A stretch of 64,000 nucleotides of DNA from Candidatus Eiseniibacteriota bacterium (GTDB lineage Bacteria > Eisenbacteria > RBG-16-71-46): positions 18,627 to 82,626 of the forward strand of contig JANMQY010000140.1 in NCBI GenBank assembly GCA_031370785.1. The letters are read 5' to 3'. This document shows, piece after piece, positions 36,661-46,309 of this stretch. The position numbers were made by a program, and so were the translations under genes. Within the stretch, counting starts at the first letter, position 1; each line of letters begins with the position of its first letter. The notes below the pieces were generated by a model, which was not told the DNA's origin, searched no databases, and worked only from the letters and a program-made list of their open reading frames with translations.

Positions 36661-36703
36661 AAACCGGAACGGCCGGCCTGGGGAGGAACGAGGCCGGCCG
36701 CTC
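36661..36703 (-). terminator. Probable terminator after the cupredoxin gene
   Basis: CGGCCGGCCT/AGGCCGGCCG stem followed by TTCCGGTTT. Confidence 0.55.
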
Positions 36704-36719
36704 GAAGCGAGCCCCGATC

Positions 36720-37118
36720 CTAGCTGCCGCTCGTGACCGTGTGCGCGACTCCGGCGTTATTGGTCCAGGTCACGATGCTACCCGGCTTGACCGTAACCGA
36801 GCTCGGGGAAAAGCCGGGCACGCCTCCGACGATGCTGACTGCCGCTGACGTGTTCGACGACGCAGCATCGACGATGACCGAATTACCCGTCATGTTCGAG
36901 TGGATCGTGCAGTGATACGGGAACGTGCCGGCGGTCATGAACGTGTGCGGAAACGTTCCGGACGCCGGGATGGAACCCGAACTCAACTCGGGCCCACCAC
37001 CGCCACCCGGAGGAGCCGTCGATTTGCTGCTGCTACCACATGCGTAGATCGTGGCCAGGGTCGCGATCGCGATCGAGAGTGCGGTCGTGGATGCCCAGAA
37101 CCAGCGTCGCTTCGTCAT
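36720..37118 (-). CDS. Cupredoxin (plastocyanin/amicyanin-like) lipoprotein, apparently circularly permuted
   Basis: Lipobox IYAC; YHCTIHSNM precedes FSPSSVTVKPGSIVTWTNN..AHTVTS; RBS AGGAGG. Confidence 0.8.
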   Translation of the reverse strand: MTKRRWFWASTTALSIAIATLATIYACGSSSKSTAPPGGGGGPELSSGSIPASGTFPHTFMTAGTFPYHCTIHSNMTGNSVIVDAASSNTSAAVSIVGGVPGFSPSSVTVKPGSIVTWTNNAGVAHTVTSGS

Positions 37119-37377
37119 GCAAACTCCTCCTTGGAGGAAACCAACCTCGGCTCCCGATCCGTTTCACGGCCCGACTGGAGCATCACCCGACCATCCGTCG
37201 GTGAATCATTTGTACACCAAACGCGGTGCGTTGCGATCATGTCATTGACAGGAATTGCGGTCACCCGGGACCGTTTAGCGACTGCGAACGGGCGCGGGGC
37301 CTCGCGAGGAATCCTGCGATCCGCCAGTGGAGTGACGCGTTTGGTTCAGCGGTGGGAAACGAATGGAGAAGAGGTAC

Positions 37378-38442
37378 TCAGTTCATCCAGCGCAGGTTCG
37401 CATCGGGCTCGACCGAGAATGAACCGAGATTCCACTTCCACGCCTGAATCTGCGTGCTGGTCGGCTCCATCCACACCACGCCGATTCCGGGATGATCGGT
37501 CGCGTACGCCTCGGCTCTCTCGCGCCCCATCACCAGCAATGCGGTCGAGAGCGCATCGGCACGTGTGGCGCCCGGCGCGATCACAGTGACCGCGGCCCGG
37601 GAGTCCACCGGGTCGCCGTGTCGCGGGTCGAAGGTGAGTCCGTATCTGCGGCCACGCGCGGTAAAGCCTCCGTCGCCCTGGCTCGAGGTCGACACGGCGC
37701 CCTGGCGGACGATCAGGCGCAACACCGGTCGCGTGTCGTCCGCCGGGTCGGAGATCTGGATCACCCACGCCTCGCCGTCGGTGAATGCCGAGATCTGGCT
37801 GCCGAGGCTGAGCAGGGCACGCCTGACGCCGCGCATGCGCAGCAGGGTGGTCGCATTCTCGAGCGCAAAACCCTTGCCGATGCCGCCGAAGTCGAGGCCC
37901 ATCCCCGGGCGGTTGAAACGCACCGTGCGGTCGCCATCCACAACCGCGACGCGGTGCCAGTCCACCGCCGCTCGCGCCTCGGCGAGCTCGTCGGGTTCCG
38001 GAACGCGGCCTTCGCCGCGCACATCCCAGGCCCGGTTGAGAGGCTCGACCGTGGGATCGAACGCGCCATCGGTGTCGGCGGCGATTGCGAGCGAAGAGTC
38101 GAGGCAGGCGATGAAGTCCGGCGAGCACGGGATGCGGGTTTCGGCGCCCGCGGCGTTCACGCGCGTCAGTTCGCTGTCCTGACGCTTCGAGCTGAGCACG
38201 CCATCGAGCCGAGCGATCTCGTCGAACGCCGCCTCGATGCAGCGCCCGGTCCATGCCGCGTCCTTGCTCTCGGCCGCGGCAACGCAGCTCTCGTCCATGA
38301 CGGTCCGGGTGCGCTCGACCAGCGCCCTGGCATCGCGCAACCCGCGCTTCACGGGCTTCTTTGCGGCGAGCGCGCCGCCCGGCAGCGAGGCCAGCAGGAC
38401 CGCGGCGAGAGCGAGGCAGAGGTGTCGGTGGACGCGTCGCAC
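37378..38442 (-). CDS. apbE: ApbE-family FAD:protein FMN transferase (divergent)
   Basis: SELTRVN, TDGAFDPTV, DFGGIGKG, DPRHG, ADALSTA. Start approximate. Confidence 0.85.
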   Translation of the reverse strand: MRRVHRHLCLALAAVLLASLPGGALAAKKPVKRGLRDARALVERTRTVMDESCVAAAESKDAAWTGRCIEAAFDEIARLDGVLSSKRQDSELTRVNAAGAETRIPCSPDFIACLDSSLAIAADTDGAFDPTVEPLNRAWDVRGEGRVPEPDELAEARAAVDWHRVAVVDGDRTVRFNRPGMGLDFGGIGKGFALENATTLLRMRGVRRALLSLGSQISAFTDGEAWVIQISDPADDTRPVLRLIVRQGAVSTSSQGDGGFTARGRRYGLTFDPRHGDPVDSRAAVTVIAPGATRADALSTALLVMGRERAEAYATDHPGIGVVWMEPTSTQIQAWKWNLGSFSVEPDANLRWMN

Positions 38443-38543
38443 GTGTGGTAGGTCATGCCATTCGAGTGCGCAAGTCAAGGCGACGCCTTTTCACACTCGG
38501 GCGAAGGTCGCTCTCGAGCCTGGGCGTGTGCGTGCGGCGAGCG

Positions 38544-38738
38544 CTATCCCCGGCCTCGCTTCGCCGCACGCGCCGCCGCGGCGCCGTCGCGGGGCAGGCG
38601 CCCCGAGTCCGCCAGCGCGCGACGCAGCAGGAATTCGATCTGCGCGTTCAGGCTCCTCAGGTCCTCGCCAGCCCAGCGCTGCAGCGCCTCCATCACGAGC
38701 GGGTCGAGCCGCAGCAGGAACGGCTTCCGCTCCGCCAT
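38544..38738 (-). CDS. Arc/RHH-like DNA-binding protein
   Basis: [10 protein letters not shown]...[22 protein letters not shown]. Confidence 0.8.
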   Translation of the reverse strand: MAERKPFLLRLDPLVMEALQRWAGEDLRSLNAQIEFLLRRALADSGRLPRDGAAAARAAKRGRG

Positions 38739-38741
38739 CAC

Positions 38742-39617
38742 TCACCCGCCGTACAGCGTGCCGGTGTTCACCACCGGCTGTGTGTGCCGGTCGCTGCACA
38801 GGACCACCAGCAGGTTGCTCACCATTGCCGCCTTGCGTTCTTCGTCGAGTGTGACCACGTGGCGCTCGTTCAACCTGGCCAGCGCCATCTCGACCATGCC
38901 GACCGCGCCCTCCACGATCGTGGATCGCGCGGCGACGATCGCACTCGCCTGCTGGCGCTGCAGCATCGCGCTGGCGATCTCGGGCGCGTACGCGAGGTGA
39001 CTGATGCGCGACTCGATCACCTGCACGCCCGCTCGTGACAGGCGTTCCTGGATCTCGAGCTTGAGGCGCTCGGCGACCTCGCCGGTGTTGCTGCGCAGCG
39101 CGATCTCGCCCTCGACGTGCGCGTCGTAGGGGAACGAGGTCGCCATGTTGCGCAGCGCGGCCTCGGTCTGGACCTTGACGAAGTTGTTGTAGTCGTCGAC
39201 CTGGAACATCGCCTCGGCGGTATCGACGACCTCCCACACCACGACCGCGGCGATCTCGATCGGGTTGCCGGAGTGGTCGTTCACCTTGAGCTTCGCGCTT
39301 TCGAAGTTGCGCACGCGCAGAGACACGCGGCGGCGCGGAGCCGTGAACGGATTCACCCACCAGAGCCCGGACTGCTTGAGCGTGCCGACGTAGCCGCCGA
39401 ACAGCTGCAGCACGCGGGCCTCACCGGGATTCACTACCACCAGCCCGCCGAACCCGATCACGAATGCGGCGAGCATCAGCAGCGACCCGATCACCATTCC
39501 CATCGAGCCGGAACTGATCCCGGCGATGGTGCCGTAGACCGAGGCAAGCACACCGGCGAGCAGGACCACCAGCATCAGACCACCGGGCAGCGCAGAACCT
39601 TCCTTTTCACGGATCAT
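38742..39617 (-). CDS. SPFH/band-7 membrane protein
   Basis: Two TM helices; [46 protein letters not shown]. Confidence 0.9.
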   Translation of the reverse strand: MIREKEGSALPGGLMLVVLLAGVLASVYGTIAGISSGSMGMVIGSLLMLAAFVIGFGGLVVVNPGEARVLQLFGGYVGTLKQSGLWWVNPFTAPRRRVSLRVRNFESAKLKVNDHSGNPIEIAAVVVWEVVDTAEAMFQVDDYNNFVKVQTEAALRNMATSFPYDAHVEGEIALRSNTGEVAERLKLEIQERLSRAGVQVIESRISHLAYAPEIASAMLQRQQASAIVAARSTIVEGAVGMVEMALARLNERHVVTLDEERKAAMVSNLLVVLCSDRHTQPVVNTGTLYGG

Positions 39618-40071
39618 GTCGGCCTCCTCCTTCGTGGGGCGATGTCAAAGTGATATCGCTTTGATAGCCGACGCGCAAGCAGGATTCGCGCGGGTTCTCG
39701 CGCGTCAGGACCCGGATCAGCGGGGCGTGCCCCGGGAACTCGTCGATCAGCTTCTCGCGGTCGCCGCGCTCGAAGTCCTGGGGGTCGTAGCCGGGGGCGA
39801 CGGTGGTGCCGAGCAGCGCGACGCGTCCGCCGGGAATCAGCCGGGAGCCCTGCCAGCTGCCGCGAGGCACCAGCAAGGTGTCGGGGGTGAGCAGGTAGTA
39901 GATCGCGGTGCCGAGCGCGCGCGGTCCGGCGTATCGCCCGGGCAGCGCGTCGGCGGCGAGCGATTCGTCCGAGCGCCAGGTCTCGGCGTAGAGCCCTCCC
40001 TCGCCGGGATGCGGCTCGAGCCCGAGCAGAGCGATGATCTCCTCGGCGCTCGGACTGCGTTCGTCGGTCAA
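39607..40071 (-). pseudogene. Cupin_5 (DUF985) gene with an in-frame internal deletion
   Basis: LGLEPHPGEGGLY...TAIYYLL joins directly to LVPRGSWQGS...GTTVAPG; the family's central H-x4-E-x2-H segment is missing; the frame runs on through the SPFH operator. Confidence 0.6.
39641..39668. promoter_or_regulatory. Palindromic, 11-bp-periodic operator upstream of the SPFH-RHH operon
   Basis: TCAAAGTGATATCGCTTTGA (18/20 self-complementary); GATGTC, GATATC and GATAGC at 39641, 39652 and 39663. Confidence 0.7.
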
Positions 40072-40140
40072 TCGAACTCCCCCGTGATAGCGCGAAGGCC
40101 CGGGCGATGCGCCCGGGCCCCGAGCCGGCGTGAGCAGCGA

Positions 40141-40659
40141 CTATGCCTGGGCCGCAGCCCTGGGCGCGTACTCGGCCGCGTTGTGCTCGAAATCCCACAT
40201 CGAGGGAACCTCCGCGCCCATCTGGCGCAAGAAGGCGTAGAGCTGTCCGCGGTGGTGCAGCAGCTCATCGTACGCGATTCCGTAACCGACGAACGCCGGA
40301 AAATCCATTCCCCACGGCGTCTTCACCGTGGCCATCAGCTTCGCGTCGGTCATCGTCTGCGTCGCCTGGTCGGCCGCCGCCCACGAGTCGCGACAGTACT
40401 GGATGAGATCGACCTTCGTCTTGATGCCGGCGACGATCGCCTTCTCGTCGAGATCCGTGACCTCGCCACGCGCCGAGCCCTCGACCACGGCGCGGACCGA
40501 CATCCCATACAGGTGCACGACCAGTTCCTTCGGCGTGCGCATGTTGGGAACCGGATGCGAATCGAGCTTCGACTCCGGTATCAATTCCACGCAACGAATC
40601 GCGATGCCGTTCAACTGGCGCATGTGATCCCACTTCTTGTCGATCTGTGCCTTGTTCAT
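40141..40659 (-). CDS. DinB/YfiT-family protein
   Basis: MRTPKELVVH, HHRGQLYAFLRQMG. Confidence 0.88.
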   Translation of the reverse strand: MNKAQIDKKWDHMRQLNGIAIRCVELIPESKLDSHPVPNMRTPKELVVHLYGMSVRAVVEGSARGEVTDLDEKAIVAGIKTKVDLIQYCRDSWAAADQATQTMTDAKLMATVKTPWGMDFPAFVGYGIAYDELLHHRGQLYAFLRQMGAEVPSMWDFEHNAAEYAPRAAAQA

Positions 40660-40783
40660 GGGGATTCCTCACTCTCGTTCGACTCGGGTTGCGGCCGCGG
40701 TCCGTCCGGCCATACGTCCAATACATGCGGGGATCTGACTTGGAGTGTCGTGCGGCGCGCGCAAACGGTCAAACGACGCGCGC

Positions 40784-42691
40784 TCAGCGCCGCTTTCGGC
40801 GATTCGCGCGGGGGAGTGCGGGACGCTTCGCTCCCGGACTGCGCCCCGGTCTGGCCCTGGTTCGCGGCGGCTTCTCCGCCGCGCGGTGCGGGGGCCTGCG
40901 ATCGGCCTCATCGCCGCGCGCTGCGGCGTCGACCAGCGCCTGGGGCGCGGTCACCTCGAGCGCGAGCAGCGCATGGGAGAGCGTCTTGCCCTGCGCGTCG
41001 AGCCGGAGCGAAACCGTGCCGCCGCCGCCGAGCGACTCGTGCAGCAGGAAGTTGAGTGCGAGAAGGTTTGGCACTTCGAATCGCTCGACGCGCCCGAGGC
41101 AGATGCCCCGGAACCGGCGCTTCACGAGCGCCGCGGTGAGGGTGCGCCTGAGCCACGGCCAGATCTCGGGCGCGCGCGCGATCACTCCGATGTTCGCGGT
41201 GTCACCCTTGTCGCCGCTGCGCGCGTGAGCGAGCGCCGAAAGCGGAACGGTAACGTGCTTGGTCGACCCGCGCGCCGGCACGGGCTTCACGCGCGGCAGC
41301 GGAGCGGGCCTCGCGGCGGGCACGATCGGCGTCGGCCACTCCAGCATGCGCTCGCCCTCACGCGTGACGAGCTTCGCCTTCACCCGATCGCGCGGCACCA
41401 GCGCCGGCCAGTAGGCCACGACTTCCTGGGCCTGCGGGCGTCCGCCGGTGACCGCGACTCCGGGCGGGCCCGACAGGATCACCGCGGGCACCATCTTCGA
41501 GAACTTCTCGATCTTGTCTCGATCGCGGTCGCGCACCGAGAGCCGGAGCAGCACCTCGGGCGGATCCGACGGTGGCGCAAGCGGGCCCCAGCACGCCGAG
41601 TGTCCGACCAGCTCCACGTGACGCGCGTCGAAGTCGAGGCCGAGCCGCTTCCAGAACAGGTCGGCGAATGCGCGCGCCTTGGCGGTGGCGTCGGGCGCGG
41701 AGATGATCAGCGCGCCGCTCGCCTTCCAGCCGTCGAAGTACGATGCGCTCACCTTGAGCGATGCCGGCGCGGGCCGTCCGCGGACGCCCCACACCCGCAC
41801 GCGATCGCGCCCCGTGGGCTCGAGCCGGATGGTCGCGAAGTCGGCGACCACGTCGGGGGTGATGTAGCCGCGCGGGTCGCCCATCTCGTAGACCAGCTGC
41901 TCCTTCACGGTGCGCACCGTCACCGCGCCGCCAGTGCCGGCGTGCTTGGTCACGACGAACGAACCGTCGGGAAACACCTCGAGCACCGGATATCCGATGT
42001 CGGCGAAGCGCGGGATGCGCCGCCAGTCGGTGAAGTTGCCGCCGGTGCTCTGCGCGCCGCACTCCACGATGTGGCCGGCGACGATGCCGGAGGCGAGTCG
42101 GTCCCAGTCGTCCGGCTTCCAGTCGAATGCGTGGATCATGGGCGCGAGCGTGATGCCGGTGTCGGTGCACCGCCCGGTGACCACGATCTGCGCCCCGCTG
42201 TTCAGCGCCTCGACCACCGGCCACGCGCCGTAGTAGGCGTTGGCGGAAGAGATGCGCTCGCGGACCGCGCTGAACGGCGCGCCGTCCTCCATATTGTCGA
42301 GCGTGACGCCGGTCGCGTTCAGCTCGCCGAGCCGATCCATCAGATCGTCGCCGACGACCGCTGCCACCTCGAGCGCCGCGCCGTTTCTCTGCGCCATCTC
42401 GAGCAGGGCTCCGCGGCAGGCCAGCGGATTCACGCCGCCGGCGTTGGTGATGGCGCGCGTGCCGCGCGCGACGAGCAATGGCAGGCTCTGCTCGACCTGG
42501 GTGACGAAGTCGCGTGCGAAGCCCGCGCGAGGCTCCCGGGCGCGCTGCTTCTGCATGATGGACATCGTGATCTCGGCCAGGAAGTCGAGGGTCACGAAGT
42601 CCACCGGACCGAGCTCGATCTGGCGCTTGAACTGCGCCAGGTCGTCGCCCCAGTAGCCGCCGGCGTTGGCGATGCGGATCATCTCGGGCAT
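40784..42691 (-). CDS. AtuA (DUF1446) acyclic-terpene-utilisation family protein with fused C-terminal domain
   Basis: IRIANAGGYWGD, DFLAEITM, GHIVECGAQ.TGGN, EQLVYE, HARSGDKGD, LGGGG..SLRLDAQGK. Confidence 0.9.
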   Translation of the reverse strand: MPEMIRIANAGGYWGDDLAQFKRQIELGPVDFVTLDFLAEITMSIMQKQRAREPRAGFARDFVTQVEQSLPLLVARGTRAITNAGGVNPLACRGALLEMAQRNGAALEVAAVVGDDLMDRLGELNATGVTLDNMEDGAPFSAVRERISSANAYYGAWPVVEALNSGAQIVVTGRCTDTGITLAPMIHAFDWKPDDWDRLASGIVAGHIVECGAQSTGGNFTDWRRIPRFADIGYPVLEVFPDGSFVVTKHAGTGGAVTVRTVKEQLVYEMGDPRGYITPDVVADFATIRLEPTGRDRVRVWGVRGRPAPASLKVSASYFDGWKASGALIISAPDATAKARAFADLFWKRLGLDFDARHVELVGHSACWGPLAPPSDPPEVLLRLSVRDRDRDKIEKFSKMVPAVILSGPPGVAVTGGRPQAQEVVAYWPALVPRDRVKAKLVTREGERMLEWPTPIVPAARPAPLPRVKPVPARGSTKHVTVPLSALAHARSGDKGDTANIGVIARAPEIWPWLRRTLTAALVKRRFRGICLGRVERFEVPNLLALNFLLHESLGGGGTVSLRLDAQGKTLSHALLALEVTAPQALVDAAARGDEADRRPPHRAAEKPPRTRARPGRSPGAKRPALPRANRRKRR

Positions 42692-43105
42692 GAAGACAGG
42701 TCTCGATCGTGAGCGGGTGGCGTCCGGCAGAGAGCGGGCATGCTAACACACGCCGCTGCGCCATGATACGACGGCGGCCCACCCTGGGGCCGGGCCGCGT
42801 TTGCCGCGCGCTTCGCAGGGGTGACTCGAAAAATGTGATCCGGGCACGGATGGCTGCGCCGGCCAAACCGGCCACCTTTCGATCGTGTGCTGAAGAAAGT
42901 CGGTATCGCGAAGGCGGTTGTGGTTATCTAAGGAAGGTTGCCTGGCTTCCTGAAGCGAGCGGTCATCACGTCTTGTCGTGAAGACGGCTGCTTGATTCTT
43001 CGCATCTCCCCAGGGAGGCCACGCGGCCGCGGTAGTAGATCTTCGGAGGCCGATTTGCACCTGAAGATGTCCCGCGCGCTCATCGATCCGGAGAAATCGA
43101 TTCTG

Positions 43106-44686
43106 ATGCGCCTCTTGCCCGCCAGTCTGCGCACGCAGCTGCTGCTCTTCATCCTGCTCGCCGTGCTGCCGCCCATCGCGCTCATGACCTACACCGCGGT
43201 ACAGCAGCGACGGTCGGCGGAGCGTGCCGCCAGCTCCGAAGCGCTGCGACTCGCGCGTCTCATTGCCGCGCACGAAGACCAGCGCATCGAGGGTGCCCGG
43301 CTCCTGCTCGAAGGGCTGGCGCGTCTGCCCGAGATTCAGCGCCATGATGTCGTCGCGTCTCGCAAGCAGTTCAGGGAGATCATCGCGAATCACCAGGGCT
43401 TCGAGCGTGTCGCTCTCGCCGACGCTTCGGGTCTCGTAATCGCGGCGGCTGGGCGCAATGCGGCTGCACCGGTGGCCGAGGCCGAGTGGTTCACGCGCGC
43501 GGCGGCGACCCGCCGCTTCGTGGTGGGAGGGCGCGGCACGGCCGACGTACCGGGCTCGATCGAGCTGACCGACGCGCTTCCGCTGACCGATGCGCGCGGA
43601 AACCTGCACGCGGTGCTGTTCGCGACGCTCGATCAGGCATGGCTGCGCAATCTCGCCTCGGAGCTGGCACTGCCGCCGAGCGCCTCGGTGCTTCTGTTCA
43701 ATCGGGACGGGCACGTGCTGGCGCGTTTTCCCGAGAGCGAACGCTTGCCGGTGCGCTCGATTCCGCGGGATCAGCTCGAACGCATGCGTCTGGAGCGAAG
43801 GGGGACGGGGGTCTTCACCGAGCTGGACGGCGTGGAGCGGTTGTCCGGGTTCGAAGCGCTCGAGAGCGTGCCCGAAGACCGGCTGTTCGTCCGGGTCGGG
43901 CTGTCGCGCAAGGCAACCGTGCAGCGCGCGCAGCGCCTGTTCCTCGAGAGCCTCGCGTTCCTGCTCGCGCTCGGTCTGGCGATGGCGCTCGCGGCATGGC
44001 GCGGTGCCCGGCGCGTGGTGCTGCGCCGGCTCGACGCGCTGGTCGCCGCGACCCGGCGGGTCGCCGCCGGCGATTTCACCGCGCGCACCGGACTCCCGTA
44101 CGGCAAGGGCGAGCTGAGCGAGCTGTCGCGCGCGTTCGACGCGATGGCCGAGACGCTCCAGCAAAATCGCACCGAGCGCGAGGAGCTTCAGCACGTGCTG
44201 CTTCTGCTGTCGCTGGTCGACGAGCTGACCGGACTCTACAACCGTCGCGGGTTCATGATCATGGCGCAGCAGCAGATCGATCTCGCCGAACGGGCGCACA
44301 CCTCGATCACGCTGGTGTTCGCGGACGTCGACCAGCTCAAGTGGATCAACGACACGTTCGGACATGCCGAGGGCGACGAAGCGCTGCGCGAAGCGGCGCG
44401 CATCCTCAAGCAGACCTACCGCCGGTCCGACGTGGTCGCGCGGCTCAGCGGAGACGAGTTCGTGGTGCTCGCGGTCGAATCGACGGGTCAGGGCGGCGAG
44501 GACATGACCGACCGCGTGTTCCGCAAGCTCGCTGCCGAGCGTCGCGCGTCGAGCGGGAGCTATACCCTGTCGCTCACGCTCGGACGGGTGCGCTTCGACC
44601 CGGAGCGCCACTCCTCGATCGAGGAGCTGCTGGCCGAAGGAGACTCGCTGATGTACGCGCAGAAACGCTTCCGGGAGCAGGCCTAG
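43106..44686 (+). CDS. Cache-HAMP diguanylate cyclase (SGDEF)
   Basis: Two TM helices around a periplasmic domain; HAMP; DELTGLYNRR, INDTFGH, RRSD I-site, RLSGDEF. Confidence 0.9.
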   Translation: MRLLPASLRTQLLLFILLAVLPPIALMTYTAVQQRRSAERAASSEALRLARLIAAHEDQRIEGARLLLEGLARLPEIQRHDVVASRKQFREIIANHQGFERVALADASGLVIAAAGRNAAAPVAEAEWFTRAAATRRFVVGGRGTADVPGSIELTDALPLTDARGNLHAVLFATLDQAWLRNLASELALPPSASVLLFNRDGHVLARFPESERLPVRSIPRDQLERMRLERRGTGVFTELDGVERLSGFEALESVPEDRLFVRVGLSRKATVQRAQRLFLESLAFLLALGLAMALAAWRGARRVVLRRLDALVAATRRVAAGDFTARTGLPYGKGELSELSRAFDAMAETLQQNRTEREELQHVLLLLSLVDELTGLYNRRGFMIMAQQQIDLAERAHTSITLVFADVDQLKWINDTFGHAEGDEALREAARILKQTYRRSDVVARLSGDEFVVLAVESTGQGGEDMTDRVFRKLAAERRASSGSYTLSLTLGRVRFDPERHSSIEELLAEGDSLMYAQKRFREQA

Positions 44687-44867
44687 GACTCCGCCTGCCC
44701 GCGCAATGCCTTGCGCCATCGGGTCCGCCCCTGGACGCTTGTGCCGGTTGCCGGGCCGCTCGGGCGCGTGCTAGCTTCGCCGCGATTCGCAACGCTTTCC
44801 GCACACGCCGCCGCCACGCGGCTCCCGCCGCCGGTGCGGCTCTCGTACCGCACTTCGCGAGGCCATC

Positions 44868-45455
44868 ATGTCCAGCGTCCGCACGCTCACCCTTGCCGAC
44901 GTCGCGCTGCCGCACGCCGGCGTCCTGCGCAACTCACTGCTCGTCATCGGCGCGAGCCTGCTGACCGCGGCGGCGGCGCAACTCGCGATCAAGCTGCCGT
45001 GGACGCCGGTCGAGATCACCGGACAGACCTTCGTCGTGTTGCTGACCGGCGCGGTGCTCGGCGCGCGGCGCGCATTTCTCGCACAGTTGCTGTACCTCCT
45101 CGAAGGTGCGAGCGGGCTGCCGGTCTTCGCGGGCGGCGCGGGTGGCGCGGTGTATTTCGCGGGCCCGACGGCCGGCTACCTGATCGCCTTCCCATTCGCC
45201 GCGGCGCTCACCGGCTGGCTCGCCGAACGCGGCTGGGATCGGCACCTTGTCTCGACGTTCGCCGCGATGCTGCTGGGCAGCACGGTCATCTTCGCCTCAG
45301 GACTCGCGGTGCTCTCTCGTTTCGTCCCCTACGACACGCTGCTCGCCCAGGGTCTGCTCCCGTTCATCCCCGGCGATCTGGTCAAGGCCGGGCTCGCAGC
45401 GCTCGCGTTCCCGGCGGTCTGGCGTATCGCGCGGCGGAGGGGCCCGGGCGCGTGA
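44868..45455 (+). CDS. bioY: Biotin transporter BioY
   Basis: PVEITGQTF, GLPVFAGG, GPTAGYL, PFIPGDLVK. Confidence 0.9.
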   Translation: MSSVRTLTLADVALPHAGVLRNSLLVIGASLLTAAAAQLAIKLPWTPVEITGQTFVVLLTGAVLGARRAFLAQLLYLLEGASGLPVFAGGAGGAVYFAGPTAGYLIAFPFAAALTGWLAERGWDRHLVSTFAAMLLGSTVIFASGLAVLSRFVPYDTLLAQGLLPFIPGDLVKAGLAALAFPAVWRIARRRGPGA

Positions 45456-46309
45456 CCGTTCAGAGGATCGCGGTTCTCGGCGCCGGAATCATGGGGCGAG
45501 GGATCGCCTATGCATCGGCGCTTGGCGGGTTCGACACGCTGTTGCAGGATGCGAGCGGCGAGGCGCTGGAGAAGAGCCTCGAGGAGACCACCGCGCTGCT
45601 CGAGAAGGGCGTCGCGACCGGCAAGGTCAACGGCCCGGACGCGGCTGCGGCGCACCGGCGGCTGAGCGCGGCGCGCTCGCTCGAAGATGCCGTGAAGCAC
45701 GCGGATCTCGTGATCGAGGCGGTGCCGGAGAAGATCGAGCTGAAGATCGAGATCTTCGCGGCACTCGATCGGCTGGCCCCGCGACACGCGATCCTCGCTT
45801 CGAATACCTCGTCGCTCTCGATCACCGAGATGGCGGCCGCCACCGAGCGCCCCCAGCAGGTGGTGGGCATGCACTTCTTCAACCCGGTGCACCGGATGCG
45901 CCTGCTCGAAGTCGTGCGCGGACTCGAGAGCGGCGAGGCGACAATCGCCACTGCATGCGAGGTCGGCACGCGGATGGGCAAGGAGTGCGTCACGGTGCGC
46001 GAGTCGCCGGGCTTCGTGACCAGCAGGATCAACGCGATGATCGGCAACGAGGCGTTCTACATGCTGCAGGAGGGCGTGGCCAGCGCGCGCGACATCGACA
46101 AGGCGCTCAAGCTCGGACTCAATCATCCGATGGGCCCCTTCGAGCTGGTGGATCTGGTCGGGCTCGACACGCGACTTTCGATCCTGCAATTCCTGCATCG
46201 CACACTGGGCGAGAAATTCAGGCCGTGTCCGCTGATGGAGCAGTACGTGGCCGCGGGCCGGCTCGGGCGCAAGGCGGGACGCGGCGTCTACGAGTATGAG
46301 AGCGCATGA
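45452..46309 (+). CDS. 3-hydroxyacyl-CoA dehydrogenase
   Basis: GAGIMG, EAVPE, SNTSS, GMHFFNP, HPMGP, GRLGRKAGRG; GTGA overlap with bioY. Confidence 0.92.
   Translation: MTVQRIAVLGAGIMGRGIAYASALGGFDTLLQDASGEALEKSLEETTALLEKGVATGKVNGPDAAAAHRRLSAARSLEDAVKHADLVIEAVPEKIELKIEIFAALDRLAPRHAILASNTSSLSITEMAAATERPQQVVGMHFFNPVHRMRLLEVVRGLESGEATIATACEVGTRMGKECVTVRESPGFVTSRINAMIGNEAFYMLQEGVASARDIDKALKLGLNHPMGPFELVDLVGLDTRLSILQFLHRTLGEKFRPCPLMEQYVAAGRLGRKAGRGVYEYESA

Noticed and set aside
42850..43100. Lower-GC intergenic region upstream of the diguanylate cyclase as a riboswitch or sRNA
   Set aside because: No recognisable aptamer consensus; consistent with a divergent promoter region.
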